This document shows positions 18,277-27,297 of a stretch of DNA of 64,000 nucleotides, piece after piece. The stretch lies in contig CAYGID010000002.1 in NCBI GenBank assembly GCA_964349835.1, positions 50,033 to 114,032 on the forward strand, in the 5' to 3' direction. This stretch comes from an uncultured Bacteroidales bacterium (lineage in GTDB: Bacteria > Bacteroidota > Bacteroidia > Bacteroidales > UBA4181). Positions within the stretch are counted from its first letter, which is position 1; the number at the start of each line of letters is the position of its first letter. The notes beneath the pieces are model-generated. The model was not told where the DNA came from. It searched no databases and was given only the letters and a program-made list of their open reading frames with translations. Position numbers and translations under genes: made by a program.

Positions 18277-19778
18277 GCTAATATTGTTTTATACGCTTTT
18301 CCAAGGGCACTGCTCAAATCTCCCGCGATAAGGGAGGCCTCGCCGTTTTCTTCGGCCAGGATATCCCCTGCGAGACCATGCAGGAAGGCAGCCACAATGG
18401 CTGCCTCTGCACTTGAAAAGTGCTGTGCTAGCAAAGATAACACAATTCCCGTTAAAACGTCGCCGCTTCCGGCAGTTGCCATGCCCGGATTGCCGGTTAT
18501 GTTGAGCCAGAGCGTGCCATCGGGCAGCGAGATGGAACTGTAGCGGCCCTTCAGAATCACTATAACTTTGTAAAGCGAGGAGAAGCGGAGTTGCTCGCTG
18601 ATCTGCGCCATACTGCCGATTGCCTCTCGGCCGATTGAGGCCAGCAGGCGCCTGAATTCGCCGGGATGAGGTGTTAATATGGTACCCGGGGGGAGTTGCT
18701 CCAGAAGGAGCGGGTGGGCTGCCAAATGATTCAGCGCATCGGCATCGACCACTAAGGCTCCTTTCCAATGGGTAATGATTTGTTGTGTTGCCTTTTGAGC
18801 CTGTTCCGATCTCCCCAGGCCGGGCCCCATGCCAATCGCGTTGAATTTCGACAGGTTGCCGATGGCCTCTTCGATAGGGGAGGTGTCGGTCATTGCTTCG
18901 GGAACGGCTATTTGCATGATGCTGTTCTCTCTGTTGGGGATCCGCGCAGTGATCATTCCGGCCCCTCCCCGCAGACAGGCGCGCGCAGCGAGGATGGCAG
19001 CCCCCATCATGCCGTGGCTTCCCGCCACCAGAAGGGCGTGGCCAAAGTTGCCCTTATGGGCAAAAGGTTCTCTCGGGGCAACCATTTTGGCAACCGATTC
19101 GGGTTGAACCATAAACTTTTTGCAGTCAACCCCCTGGGTCAGTAATCCGAAATCGACAAGTTCCCATTTCCCGAAACAGGAGGCCGTTTCGGGAAGAAAG
19201 GCCGAAAGCTTCGGGGTTTGAAGCACATAGGTTCGGCGTGCCCTCACCACCTGAGTGTCGTTGAACCAATCAAGGGGTTCGCAGGGCATTCCTGAGGGGA
19301 GGTCAATAGAGACCACCTCGGCTTCGGATGAGTTTAAGGCATGAACCCACTGCAGAGATTCGGCCTCTAATGGCCTGGTGACGCCGGTGCCGAACAGGGC
19401 ATCAATAACCACTACCCCCTTGGAGGGTGCAAGCCGATGACCCTGCGATGCAAAGGCAACGTGTACATTGCCATGGGCCATCGTTTTTTCGAATTGTATC
19501 CGGGCATCGGGCGCGCAGTTCTCGCAATCGGCGGTCATAAACAGCTCCGTCTGCCACCCTTTTTCGGCAAGCAGACGTGCCATACAGATGCCATCGCCTC
19601 CGTTATTGCCTTTTCCGGCAAGAATTACGACCCTCGCCGGAACCGGATAGTGCACGATAAATCTGTTGACACAGGCGCTTGCTGCCCTTTCCATCAATTG
19701 CAACGAACTGATATTTAGGCTTTCTATTGTGTAGGTGTCGGAAATCCTGCACTCTTCTGCGTTCAGAATAGGAATCAT
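18273..19778 (-). CDS. nnr: Bifunctional NAD(P)H-hydrate repair enzyme (epimerase/dehydratase)
   Basis: 501 aa. The YjeF-N motif GKGNNGGDG is followed by a C-terminal carbohydrate-kinase-like domain (GPGLG, GSGDVLTG). Confidence 0.9.
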   Translation of the reverse strand: MIPILNAEECRISDTYTIESLNISSLQLMERAASACVNRFIVHYPVPARVVILAGKGNNGGDGICMARLLAEKGWQTELFMTADCENCAPDARIQFEKTMAHGNVHVAFASQGHRLAPSKGVVVIDALFGTGVTRPLEAESLQWVHALNSSEAEVVSIDLPSGMPCEPLDWFNDTQVVRARRTYVLQTPKLSAFLPETASCFGKWELVDFGLLTQGVDCKKFMVQPESVAKMVAPREPFAHKGNFGHALLVAGSHGMMGAAILAARACLRGGAGMITARIPNRENSIMQIAVPEAMTDTSPIEEAIGNLSKFNAIGMGPGLGRSEQAQKATQQIITHWKGALVVDADALNHLAAHPLLLEQLPPGTILTPHPGEFRRLLASIGREAIGSMAQISEQLRFSSLYKVIVILKGRYSSISLPDGTLWLNITGNPGMATAGSGDVLTGIVLSLLAQHFSSAEAAIVAAFLHGLAGDILAEENGEASLIAGDLSSALGKAYKTILA

Positions 19779-19787
19779 GACTCGTAA

Positions 19788-20840
19788 CTATTTAATGGCC
19801 GCTCTGTTCAGTGCTGCTCTGTACCTTTGCGCGTTGCGGTTGTGTTCGGAAAGGGTTTTGGCAAAAGCGTGAAATCCGGAGAAATCCTCGCGGGCACAAA
19901 AATAGAGATAATTGTGCTCTTCGGCTTGGAGTACGGCATCGATCGAGGCAATGGAAGGGGTGCAAATGGGGCCCGGCGGAAGGCCTGGGTTTCTATAGGT
20001 GTTATAGGGCGATTCTACCTTGAGGTGTTCAAAGAGGATTCTGCGGAGAGTGCGGTCGCCGAGGGCAAATTTCACGGTGGGGTCGGCCTGTAGCGGCATC
20101 TTCTTTCGAAGCCGGTTGAGATAGACGCCTGCGATACGACGTTTTTCGGAGTTCTGTTGTGTCTCCTGTTCAACAATCGAGGCAAGAACCGACACCTCAA
20201 CCCGAGTCATTTGGAGCGCCTCGCGCTTTTGTTCCCTTCCGGGGTTCCAGAAACGGTTGTATTCGGCGAACATCCGCTCCATGAAGTTCATTGCCGAACT
20301 GTTCCAGTAAAACTCGTAGGTGTTGGGAATATAGAGGGCCGGTGAAGTGGCAGGGGTAAGGCCAAAACGTTGTAGGAGGAGAGTGTCGGTCATTAGCGTA
20401 ATCAGCGAGAGGGAGTCGGGCTCAATCTGCGATGCAACCACCTTTGCAAGCTGTTGGCTCGAGTGGATATTGTGAAATACCACTTTGACCGATGTCTGCG
20501 CACCCGACCTCAGCAAGCCGGCCAGCTCCCTGCTGCTCATACCCTCGCGCAGGAGATAACGTCCCGGCTTAACCTGACTGTCGTATTGCATCTTTTTTGC
20601 CGTCCATTCAAACCATTTTGGGTGGACAAGCCAACTACTGTCGGTGAGCGACTGCATAACATCAGAAAAGGTTGCCCCTGTTCGGATGTAGAGCGAGGCC
20701 TCCTCTTTTGCGCCCAACGAGAGGTTGGGGGCGGTTACCCTTCGCCATAGTTGGGATGCACCGAAAAGTAGAGCCGCAAGGAGGGCGAATATCAGGCCCA
20801 TTAAGAGAAATTTGCTCCGGAAACGGGTTGCGTTAGACAT
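19788..20840 (-). CDS. mltG: Endolytic murein transglycosylase MltG (YceG family)
   Basis: 350 aa with an N-terminal TM segment and YNTYRNPGLPPGPICTPS. Confidence 0.9.
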   Translation of the reverse strand: MSNATRFRSKFLLMGLIFALLAALLFGASQLWRRVTAPNLSLGAKEEASLYIRTGATFSDVMQSLTDSSWLVHPKWFEWTAKKMQYDSQVKPGRYLLREGMSSRELAGLLRSGAQTSVKVVFHNIHSSQQLAKVVASQIEPDSLSLITLMTDTLLLQRFGLTPATSPALYIPNTYEFYWNSSAMNFMERMFAEYNRFWNPGREQKREALQMTRVEVSVLASIVEQETQQNSEKRRIAGVYLNRLRKKMPLQADPTVKFALGDRTLRRILFEHLKVESPYNTYRNPGLPPGPICTPSIASIDAVLQAEEHNYLYFCAREDFSGFHAFAKTLSEHNRNAQRYRAALNRAAIK

Positions 20841-20892
20841 TTATAGTAAATTTGCACGATTTTCAGCAAAAGTAACAACAAAACTCCGAGTT

Positions 20893-21378
20893 ATGGATAA
20901 AATCAAAAACATTGCTATTGTAGCGCACGACAACCGAAAAATCGATATGATTGAATGGGTGGAGTGGAATTGGCAGGTTTTATTGAAACACCGCCTTATC
21001 TGTACCGGAACCACCGGTCGTATGGTGGAGGAGGCTCTTTTGCAGAAGAAGAGAGAGTACAACGACCCCCGAACCCTCTATCTAACCCGTTTAAAGTCGG
21101 GTCCTTTGGGAGGCGACCAGCAGATGGGCGCTCTGATTTCGGATGGTGATGTAGACCTGCTCATCTTTTTCTGGGACCCCATGCAGCCTCAGCCCCACGA
21201 TGTGGATGTGAAGGCGCTTCTTCGTATTGCAGTGCTTTACAACGTGGTTACCGCTTGTTCTCGTTCGACGGCCGACTTTGTAATCTCTTCGCCCCTTTTT
21301 GACACAAGATACGACAGGGTTGTAAAGAGTCACGACGATTATATTAACCGCGACCTTGGGTCAACACCCAGGTTGTAA
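20893..21378 (+). CDS. mgsA: Methylglyoxal synthase
   Basis: Track ORF trimmed to the ATG at 20893 (MDKIKNIAIVAHDNRK...). Contains GPLGGDQQMGALI. 161 aa. Confidence 0.9.
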   Translation: MDKIKNIAIVAHDNRKIDMIEWVEWNWQVLLKHRLICTGTTGRMVEEALLQKKREYNDPRTLYLTRLKSGPLGGDQQMGALISDGDVDLLIFFWDPMQPQPHDVDVKALLRIAVLYNVVTACSRSTADFVISSPLFDTRYDRVVKSHDDYINRDLGSTPRL

Positions 21379-21388
21379 CCTTTTTTTT

Positions 21389-22105
21389 ATGCAAATAGCA
21401 CTAATAGGTTATGGCCGGATGGGTCATGAGATTGAGGCGGCCGCAAAGGAGCGGGGCCATTCGGTTGTACTTACCATCGATGTGGAGAATCTTCACGACC
21501 TGACTCCCGAAAATATCCGCAAGGCAGATGTAGCCATTGAGTTTACACGCCCCCAGACAGCTTTTCAGAACGTTTGCCTCTGCCTCAATGCCGGAGTCCC
21601 GGTGGTGAGCGGCACAACCGGTTGGTCGGATCAGCTTCCCGAAGCAGAGGCGCTTTGCCACCAAAAAGAGGGAGCCCTGCTCTGGGCTTCGAATTTCAGC
21701 TTGGGGATGAATCTCTTTTTCAAGTTGAACTCCTTTCTGGCGCATCTTATGAACCGTTTCAAAGAGTATGACGCATCGATTACCGAAACGCACCATGTGC
21801 ATAAGTTAGACGCACCCAGCGGCACGGCGATTACGCTTGCCGAGGGTGTACTGCAGGCACTCGACCGAAAATCGGTTTGGGAGTCGCAGGCTCAATCTTC
21901 GCCCGATGTGTTGCGGATTGATTCTGTGAGAGAGGGGAGTGTGCCCGGCCTCCATACCGTTCGTTACAGTTCCTTTTGCGATGCCATTGAGATTACACAC
22001 GATGCCGCCAACCGGAAAGGTCTGGCTGTGGGCGCTCTTCTCGCAGCCGAATATCTGGCTGGGAAAACCGGCGTTTATACCATGAACGACGTATTATTTC
22101 ACTGA
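21389..22105 (+). CDS. dapB: 4-hydroxy-tetrahydrodipicolinate reductase
   Basis: Trimmed to the ATG at 21389 (MQIALIGYGRMGHEI...). Contains ETHHVHKLDAPSGTA. Confidence 0.9.
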   Translation: MQIALIGYGRMGHEIEAAAKERGHSVVLTIDVENLHDLTPENIRKADVAIEFTRPQTAFQNVCLCLNAGVPVVSGTTGWSDQLPEAEALCHQKEGALLWASNFSLGMNLFFKLNSFLAHLMNRFKEYDASITETHHVHKLDAPSGTAITLAEGVLQALDRKSVWESQAQSSPDVLRIDSVREGSVPGLHTVRYSSFCDAIEITHDAANRKGLAVGALLAAEYLAGKTGVYTMNDVLFH

Positions 22106-22116
22106 CAATATAGAAT

Positions 22117-23544
22117 ATGAGCCACTCGGGTAAGGATATAGAAAGCACTGAAAAACCCTCTCCGCGTTTTGCACGGAAAGAGTTGGTACAATTTGCGGGA
22201 GTCATGCTACTCTTCCTCTTGTTTGTGGTGTGGGTGGGTTCTGCCTGGCTGTTGGTTTTATGCCCGGTTATAGTCGATGCCTATCTTCTCAAAAAGGTAA
22301 ACTGGACTTTCTGGAAGCCGCGCGAAGGTAAGAGCAATTTTATTGTGGAGTGGATTGATGCCATTCTCTTTGCGGTGGTTGTGGTTTCGCTGATTAATAT
22401 CTTTATTTTCCAGAACTACAAGATCCCTACCGGTTCCATGGAGAAGAGTCTCATGATTGGCGACCATCTCTACGTGAGTAAACTCAAGTATGGCCCCAAG
22501 TTGCCCAATACCCCCCTTTCGCTTCCCTTTATGCAGCACACCCTTCCCGGAACTTTGGGGAAGAAATCGTACCTGGAGTGGATTCAATGGCCCTATAAAC
22601 GCTTGGTTGGCTTTACCACTGTAAAGCGCGACGATATTGTGGTCTTTAACTTTCCCGAAGGCGATACGGTGATTCTGCAATTGCCCAATGAGAGCTATTA
22701 TGGGGTGTTATTGCAGTATGCCGCCATGTACCGAAATGATGAGCAGGGATCGGAGCGGCCGGCCGGCTGGTATGAGGCAAAGGCCCGCGAATACATTCGC
22801 CAGAATTACGACATTACTGTGCGCCCGGTCGATCGTCGCGACAATTACGTGAAGCGATGTGTGGCTCTTCCCGGCGACGTGTTGGAGGTGAGAGAAGGCA
22901 GGGTATTTATTGACGGAGTGGAACAGGAAAAATATCCCGGGCTTCAGTTCGATTACCGAGTGGTAACCGACGGATCGCGACTGAATCCTAAGACAATGCA
23001 GAATTTGGGTATCTATCGCGATGATTTGGTGGCCGAATCGGGTACCAGCTATATTGTTCCCCTAACGGTGGCCTCGGTTTTGGCTCTTTCAAATATTCAA
23101 ACCGTTCGAAGCGTTGAGCGGGTCATGAACAGAGCCGGCCAGTTTAATGAGGCTATCTTCCCTCATCATTCCGCCTTCCCGTGGAATGAGGATTATTTTG
23201 GTCCGCTGGCAATTCCACGTAAGGGCGAGACAGTACAACTCACTGCCGAATCGGTGGCGTTGTACGGGCGCATTATTTCGGCTTATGAGGGAAACAAGCT
23301 GGAGATTTTGCCTTCGGGCATCCGGATTAATGGGAAGGAGGCCAAGGAGTACACCTTTGCCATGGATTACTACTTTATGATGGGCGACAATCGCGACCAC
23401 TCCCTCGATTCTCGTTACTGGGGTTTTGTGCCTGAGGATCACATTGTGGGAGCACCCCGGCGAGTATGGCTCTCGCTCGACAAAGAAAAGAGCTTTCCCG
23501 CCAATATCCGATGGAACCGTTTTTTCAAAGCAGCGGGACGATAA
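22117..23544 (+). CDS. lepB: Signal peptidase I (long Bacteroidota type)
   Basis: 475 aa. Catalytic Ser region IPTGSMEKSL, plus GDNRDHSLDSRYWGFVPEDHIVG. Confidence 0.9.
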   Translation: MSHSGKDIESTEKPSPRFARKELVQFAGVMLLFLLFVVWVGSAWLLVLCPVIVDAYLLKKVNWTFWKPREGKSNFIVEWIDAILFAVVVVSLINIFIFQNYKIPTGSMEKSLMIGDHLYVSKLKYGPKLPNTPLSLPFMQHTLPGTLGKKSYLEWIQWPYKRLVGFTTVKRDDIVVFNFPEGDTVILQLPNESYYGVLLQYAAMYRNDEQGSERPAGWYEAKAREYIRQNYDITVRPVDRRDNYVKRCVALPGDVLEVREGRVFIDGVEQEKYPGLQFDYRVVTDGSRLNPKTMQNLGIYRDDLVAESGTSYIVPLTVASVLALSNIQTVRSVERVMNRAGQFNEAIFPHHSAFPWNEDYFGPLAIPRKGETVQLTAESVALYGRIISAYEGNKLEILPSGIRINGKEAKEYTFAMDYYFMMGDNRDHSLDSRYWGFVPEDHIVGAPRRVWLSLDKEKSFPANIRWNRFFKAAGR

Positions 23545-23550
23545 AAAGAT

Positions 23551-23568
23551 AATGCTCTAATGCTCTAA
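23551..23568. repeat. Octamer repeat AATGCTCT x2 (+AA), reverse complement AGAGCATT
   Basis: Lies in the 20-bp gap between the convergent lepB and cdaA genes. The cdaA TAG stop lies inside the second unit. Confidence 0.75.
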
Positions 23569-24338
23569 CTCAGATTATTCTCCAGTTCCTGGATGAGCTC
23601 TCTCCCTTCGAGGCCATAGAGAATCTTGCCTTGAACGGCCAGGGAGATTTTTCCGGTCTCTTCCGATACCACCAACGCTATGGCGTCGGTCTGCTCGGTG
23701 ATGCCTACGGCAGCTCTGTGACGGGTTCCAAAGTGAGCAGGCAGATTCTGTTTTTCGGTGATAGGCAATATACATCGCGCTGCGTAGATCTTTCCCTTGC
23801 GCAAGATGACTGCACCATCGTGGAGTGGCGAGTTCTTAAAGAAGATGTTGAGGAGCAGCGGGCCGGTGGTTTCGGCATTCAGAACCACTCCGGTCTCTAC
23901 CACGGCCTGAAGCTCCGACTCCCTGGTAATCACAATCAGCGCGCCTGTGCGAGTGTGCGACATCTCCTCACAGGCTCTTGCAATGGTGTTAATCTTTACC
24001 CCCTCCTGCGGTCCGTCGTGCGAGAAGATACGTTCAATCGACTGTTTGTAGCGTGAAAGGTACCGCGATCCCACCATCAGCAGAAAACGGCGGATCTCCT
24101 GTTGGAAAAGGATGAGCAGGGCAATCATTCCAAGGCTCATGACCTGCCTGAAAATGGCGCTCATCAGTTGCATTTGCAGTACCTCCACAAAGAGCCAGAT
24201 GGCGTAGATTCCTATGATGCCAACGGCAATGTTCATAGCCACAGTCCCCTTGATCATTCGGTAGAGCTGATACATCAGGTAGGCAACCAGTAGGATGTCT
24301 ACAATGTCTATGATCCGGAGCGACAGAAAGCTAAACAT
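23565..24338 (-). CDS. cdaA: Diadenylate cyclase (c-di-AMP synthase), membrane-anchored CdaA type
   Basis: DisA_N motifs PLHDGAVIL and TRHRAAVGITE follow three N-terminal TM helices. The track start at 24374 lies inside the 3' arm and T-tract of the upstream terminator hairpin, so I trimmed to the ATG at 24338 (MFSFLSLRIIDIVD). Confidence 0.85.
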   Translation of the reverse strand: MFSFLSLRIIDIVDILLVAYLMYQLYRMIKGTVAMNIAVGIIGIYAIWLFVEVLQMQLMSAIFRQVMSLGMIALLILFQQEIRRFLLMVGSRYLSRYKQSIERIFSHDGPQEGVKINTIARACEEMSHTRTGALIVITRESELQAVVETGVVLNAETTGPLLLNIFFKNSPLHDGAVILRKGKIYAARCILPITEKQNLPAHFGTRHRAAVGITEQTDAIALVVSEETGKISLAVQGKILYGLEGRELIQELENNLS

Positions 24339-24362
24339 AATTGCAACAAATGAATTCGGGAC

Positions 24363-24396
24363 AAAAAAGGCCATCCCCAGCGGAGATGGCCTTTTT
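24363..24396 (-). terminator. Intrinsic terminator after the alpha-oxoamine synthase gene
   Basis: A6-GGCCATC-(9 nt)-GATGGCC-T5. On the minus strand the stem is followed by TTTTTTGT. The 3' arm contains the ATG used as the start of the track's cdaA ORF. Confidence 0.7.
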
Positions 24397-24416
24397 ACGA
24401 GTAGGGGTCGGATCCG

Positions 24417-25667
24417 CTAGGCCATACGTATTTGATCGCCTTCGTATTTGCCGGCGGCTAGTTTTTCTTTCACCTCCGCAAAGGCTTTCAATGTGATCTC
24501 CACATCCTCGAGAGAGTGTGCGGCGGTGGGGATTACCCTAAACATAATCATGCCTTTGGGCACAACCGGATAAACCACCACAGAACAGAAAATATTGTAG
24601 TTTTCGCGAAGATCGAGGATTACGTTGGTGGCTTCGGGAACCGTGCCTTTCATCATTACGGGAGTTACCGGCGAGCCTCCTTTTCCGGTGTCGAAACCCA
24701 TTTTTTGGAAACCTATCTGCAGCGCGTGGGCGATGGTCCAGAGACGTTCACGCAGTTCGGGACTATTCCTGAGTAGTTCGAGCCGTTTGAGTAGCCCTTC
24801 GACCATAGGCATCGGAAGCGATTTGGCATAGGTCTGCGAACGCATATTGTAGCGAAAATAGCTCATGATGGCTTCAGGACCCGCAACGAAACCTCCGATG
24901 CCGGCCATCGACTTGGCAAAGGTTCCGAAATAGAGGTCAACGCCCTCCATGGTTTCGGGACCGAAAAATTCGGAGGTGCCGGCTCCTGTGGGGCCCATGG
25001 TTCCAAAACCGTGGGCATCATCGATAAGCAGGCGGAAATTAAATTTTTTCTTAAACGCAACGATTTTGTCGATGGCACCCAAATCACCCACCATTCCGAA
25101 GACCCCTTCGGTAATGACGAGGATACCGCCACCGGTCTCTTCGGTAATCCTTGTGGCGCGTTCCATCGACTTTTCGAACGAATCCATGTCGTTATGCTGG
25201 AATACAAAGCGTTTGCCAAGATGCAAACGCATGCCATCCATGATACAGGCATGATTGTCGGAGTCGTACACAATCACATCGTGACGGCCGGCCAGATTAT
25301 CAATAATGGAGATCATTCCCTGATAACCGTAATTGAGCAGGAAGGCATCCTCTTTTTTCTCGAACGAAGCCAGCTCTTTTTCCAGCTGTTCATGCAGCGA
25401 GGTGTGACCCGACATCATGCGGGCTCCCATCGGATAACCCAACCCCCATTTTGCAGCACCCTCTGCATCGGCCTTGCGAACCTCGGGATGGTTTGCCAAA
25501 CCAAGGTAGTTGTTTAGACTCCAAACCAACACCTCTTTCCCTCTGAACATCATTCGGGGATTGATTTGACCCTCCAGTTTGGGAAACGAGAAATAGCCGT
25601 GTGCAAATTTACGGTACTGGCCCAGCGGCCCATCGCCCTGTTTTATGATTCTATCGAAAATATCCAC
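24417..25667 (-). CDS. Alpha-oxoamine synthase family PLP enzyme (KBL / BioF / serine palmitoyltransferase-like acyltransferase)
   Basis: 416 aa with a GTG start. The PLP-lysine region is FGTFAKSMAGIGGF, and DDAHGFG is present. The substrate cannot be assigned from sequence alone. Confidence 0.8.
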   Translation of the reverse strand: MDIFDRIIKQGDGPLGQYRKFAHGYFSFPKLEGQINPRMMFRGKEVLVWSLNNYLGLANHPEVRKADAEGAAKWGLGYPMGARMMSGHTSLHEQLEKELASFEKKEDAFLLNYGYQGMISIIDNLAGRHDVIVYDSDNHACIMDGMRLHLGKRFVFQHNDMDSFEKSMERATRITEETGGGILVITEGVFGMVGDLGAIDKIVAFKKKFNFRLLIDDAHGFGTMGPTGAGTSEFFGPETMEGVDLYFGTFAKSMAGIGGFVAGPEAIMSYFRYNMRSQTYAKSLPMPMVEGLLKRLELLRNSPELRERLWTIAHALQIGFQKMGFDTGKGGSPVTPVMMKGTVPEATNVILDLRENYNIFCSVVVYPVVPKGMIMFRVIPTAAHSLEDVEITLKAFAEVKEKLAAGKYEGDQIRMA

Positions 25668-25713
25668 GATACTATGGTTTAATGGATGTTACAAACAGTT
25701 AGTTTAATTGGCA

Positions 25714-25721
25714 CAAATGTA
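25714..25721 (-). promoter_or_regulatory. Candidate -7 box (TACATTTG) upstream of the alpha-oxoamine synthase gene
   Basis: Matches TAnnTTTG on the minus strand, 47 nt upstream of the GTG at 25667. Confidence 0.35.
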
Positions 25722-25796
25722 AGGGTTTTTCTCAAAATGGCCATTCTGCCGAATGGAATATATTTATCGAGCTACTGTTATTAAGCCTCCTTTTTT

Positions 25797-25804
25797 TACC
25801 TTTG
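25797..25804 (+). promoter_or_regulatory. Candidate -7 box (TACCTTTG) upstream of the hypothetical gene/dapA
   Basis: Matches TAnnTTTG, 24 nt upstream of the ATG at 25828. Confidence 0.35.
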
Positions 25805-25827
25805 TCGCGGGGCTAAAGCAACAACCA

Positions 25828-26394
25828 ATGGATATCATCACGAAGATAAGAGGCCATTTCGGCGAACGGCATCTCAACAGGGTATGTGTTGACCGTAGGC
25901 CGCGTGCTTCGATGGTGGGCTTTGAGCAGGCCTTGCAAGTGGGGGTATTCTGCCGGGTTTTTTCGGAACTTGAATATCAACGGCTGCTCGACACGCTCCC
26001 CTCGCTCTTCTGTTCGGCCTCGCGCATCTCGCTTCTGTTATGGAATAAAACGGGGCACTCTTTACCACGGGCTGCGGCTTCGCCCGAAGTAACCTGTTTT
26101 ACCCGCCGCGATATTTCCTGGCGCATGGTTCCCGAAAATGCCGACGTTCGGCTCTTTGTGGAGGAGCCATTCGATTTGCTGTTTGTGCCCGATGATCCCA
26201 GGCTCTTTCCTGTACGCTACATTACACTGATGTCGCGAGCCGGGTTTAAAATAGGCCCTTGGGCCGACCTCAAGGATCCCCTTTTCGACTTTATGCTCAA
26301 CCATCATGCGCAGAAAGATCGTTACTCTTTTTGTATGCAGATGCAGAATCTGCTGACTATGTTTACCGAACACAAACCTACACCGACACGATAA
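25828..26394 (+). CDS. Hypothetical protein upstream of dapA
   Basis: Track ORF trimmed to the ATG at 25828, which is preceded by a TACCTTTG box 24 nt upstream. No motif recognised. Confidence 0.45.
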   Translation: MDIITKIRGHFGERHLNRVCVDRRPRASMVGFEQALQVGVFCRVFSELEYQRLLDTLPSLFCSASRISLLLWNKTGHSLPRAAASPEVTCFTRRDISWRMVPENADVRLFVEEPFDLLFVPDDPRLFPVRYITLMSRAGFKIGPWADLKDPLFDFMLNHHAQKDRYSFCMQMQNLLTMFTEHKPTPTR

Positions 26395-26403
26395 ATTCGC
26401 TCT

Positions 26404-27273
26404 ATGCTTCCATTCACTTTTCAAGGGACAGGCGTTGCGCTGGCAACTCCCTTTTCGGGAGATGGTTCCGTCGATTACAAGGCGCTCTCCCAACTGGTTG
26501 AATTTGTAATCAAAGGCGGGGTCGACTACCTTGTTGCCCTGGGCACCACCGCCGAAACCCCTACACTTACCTCTGCCGAGAAATCGGCCATTCTTCGACA
26601 CATTGTGCAGGTTGCCGGGAATGCGGTACCTGTTGTTGCCGGAGTGGGTGGAAACGACACTTTGTCGGTAGTGAAAAAGGTTGAGTCAACCGATTTTTCA
26701 GGTGTTTCGGCCTTACTGTCAGTTACTCCTTATTATAACAGACCCTCGCAGCAAGGTCTGATTGAGCACTATTCGCGGGTTGCCGATGTCAGCCCTGTGC
26801 CTGTGATTCTGTACAATGTGCCCTCGCGCACCGGAGTCAATCTTGCCGCCGAAACCACCCTGAAACTGGCCGGACATCCACGTATCGCAGCGATTAAGGA
26901 GGCCTCCGGCAATCTGACACAGATGATGGAACTCATCAAAGGGGCGCCTGCCGGTTTTGTCGTGATTTCGGGCGACGATTATCTTGCCTTTCCCATGGCC
27001 GTGCTTGGGGCTTCGGGAGTCATCTCGGTTGCCGCCAATGTGGTGCCTGCTCAGGTATCTAAGATGATGAGGGCTGCACTCGGGTTCAGAATTCCGGAGG
27101 CCAGAGAGCTCCATTATGAGTTGACAGGCCTCTTTTCGACCCTCTTTGCAGAGGGGAATCCTGTAGGGGTGAAGGCGGCTCTCTCTATTCTGGGAATTGC
27201 CCACAACCAATTGCGCCTCCCCTTGGTTTCGGGTTCCGATCAGCTTCTCGCAAGCCTGCGTCAACAGCTATAA
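26404..27273 (+). CDS. dapA: 4-hydroxy-tetrahydrodipicolinate synthase
   Basis: 289 aa with GTTAETPTL, YNVPSRTG and IKEASGN. Confidence 0.95.
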   Translation: MLPFTFQGTGVALATPFSGDGSVDYKALSQLVEFVIKGGVDYLVALGTTAETPTLTSAEKSAILRHIVQVAGNAVPVVAGVGGNDTLSVVKKVESTDFSGVSALLSVTPYYNRPSQQGLIEHYSRVADVSPVPVILYNVPSRTGVNLAAETTLKLAGHPRIAAIKEASGNLTQMMELIKGAPAGFVVISGDDYLAFPMAVLGASGVISVAANVVPAQVSKMMRAALGFRIPEARELHYELTGLFSTLFAEGNPVGVKAALSILGIAHNQLRLPLVSGSDQLLASLRQQL

Positions 27274-27297
27274 TCTATTACCAGATAACCCTTTGAT

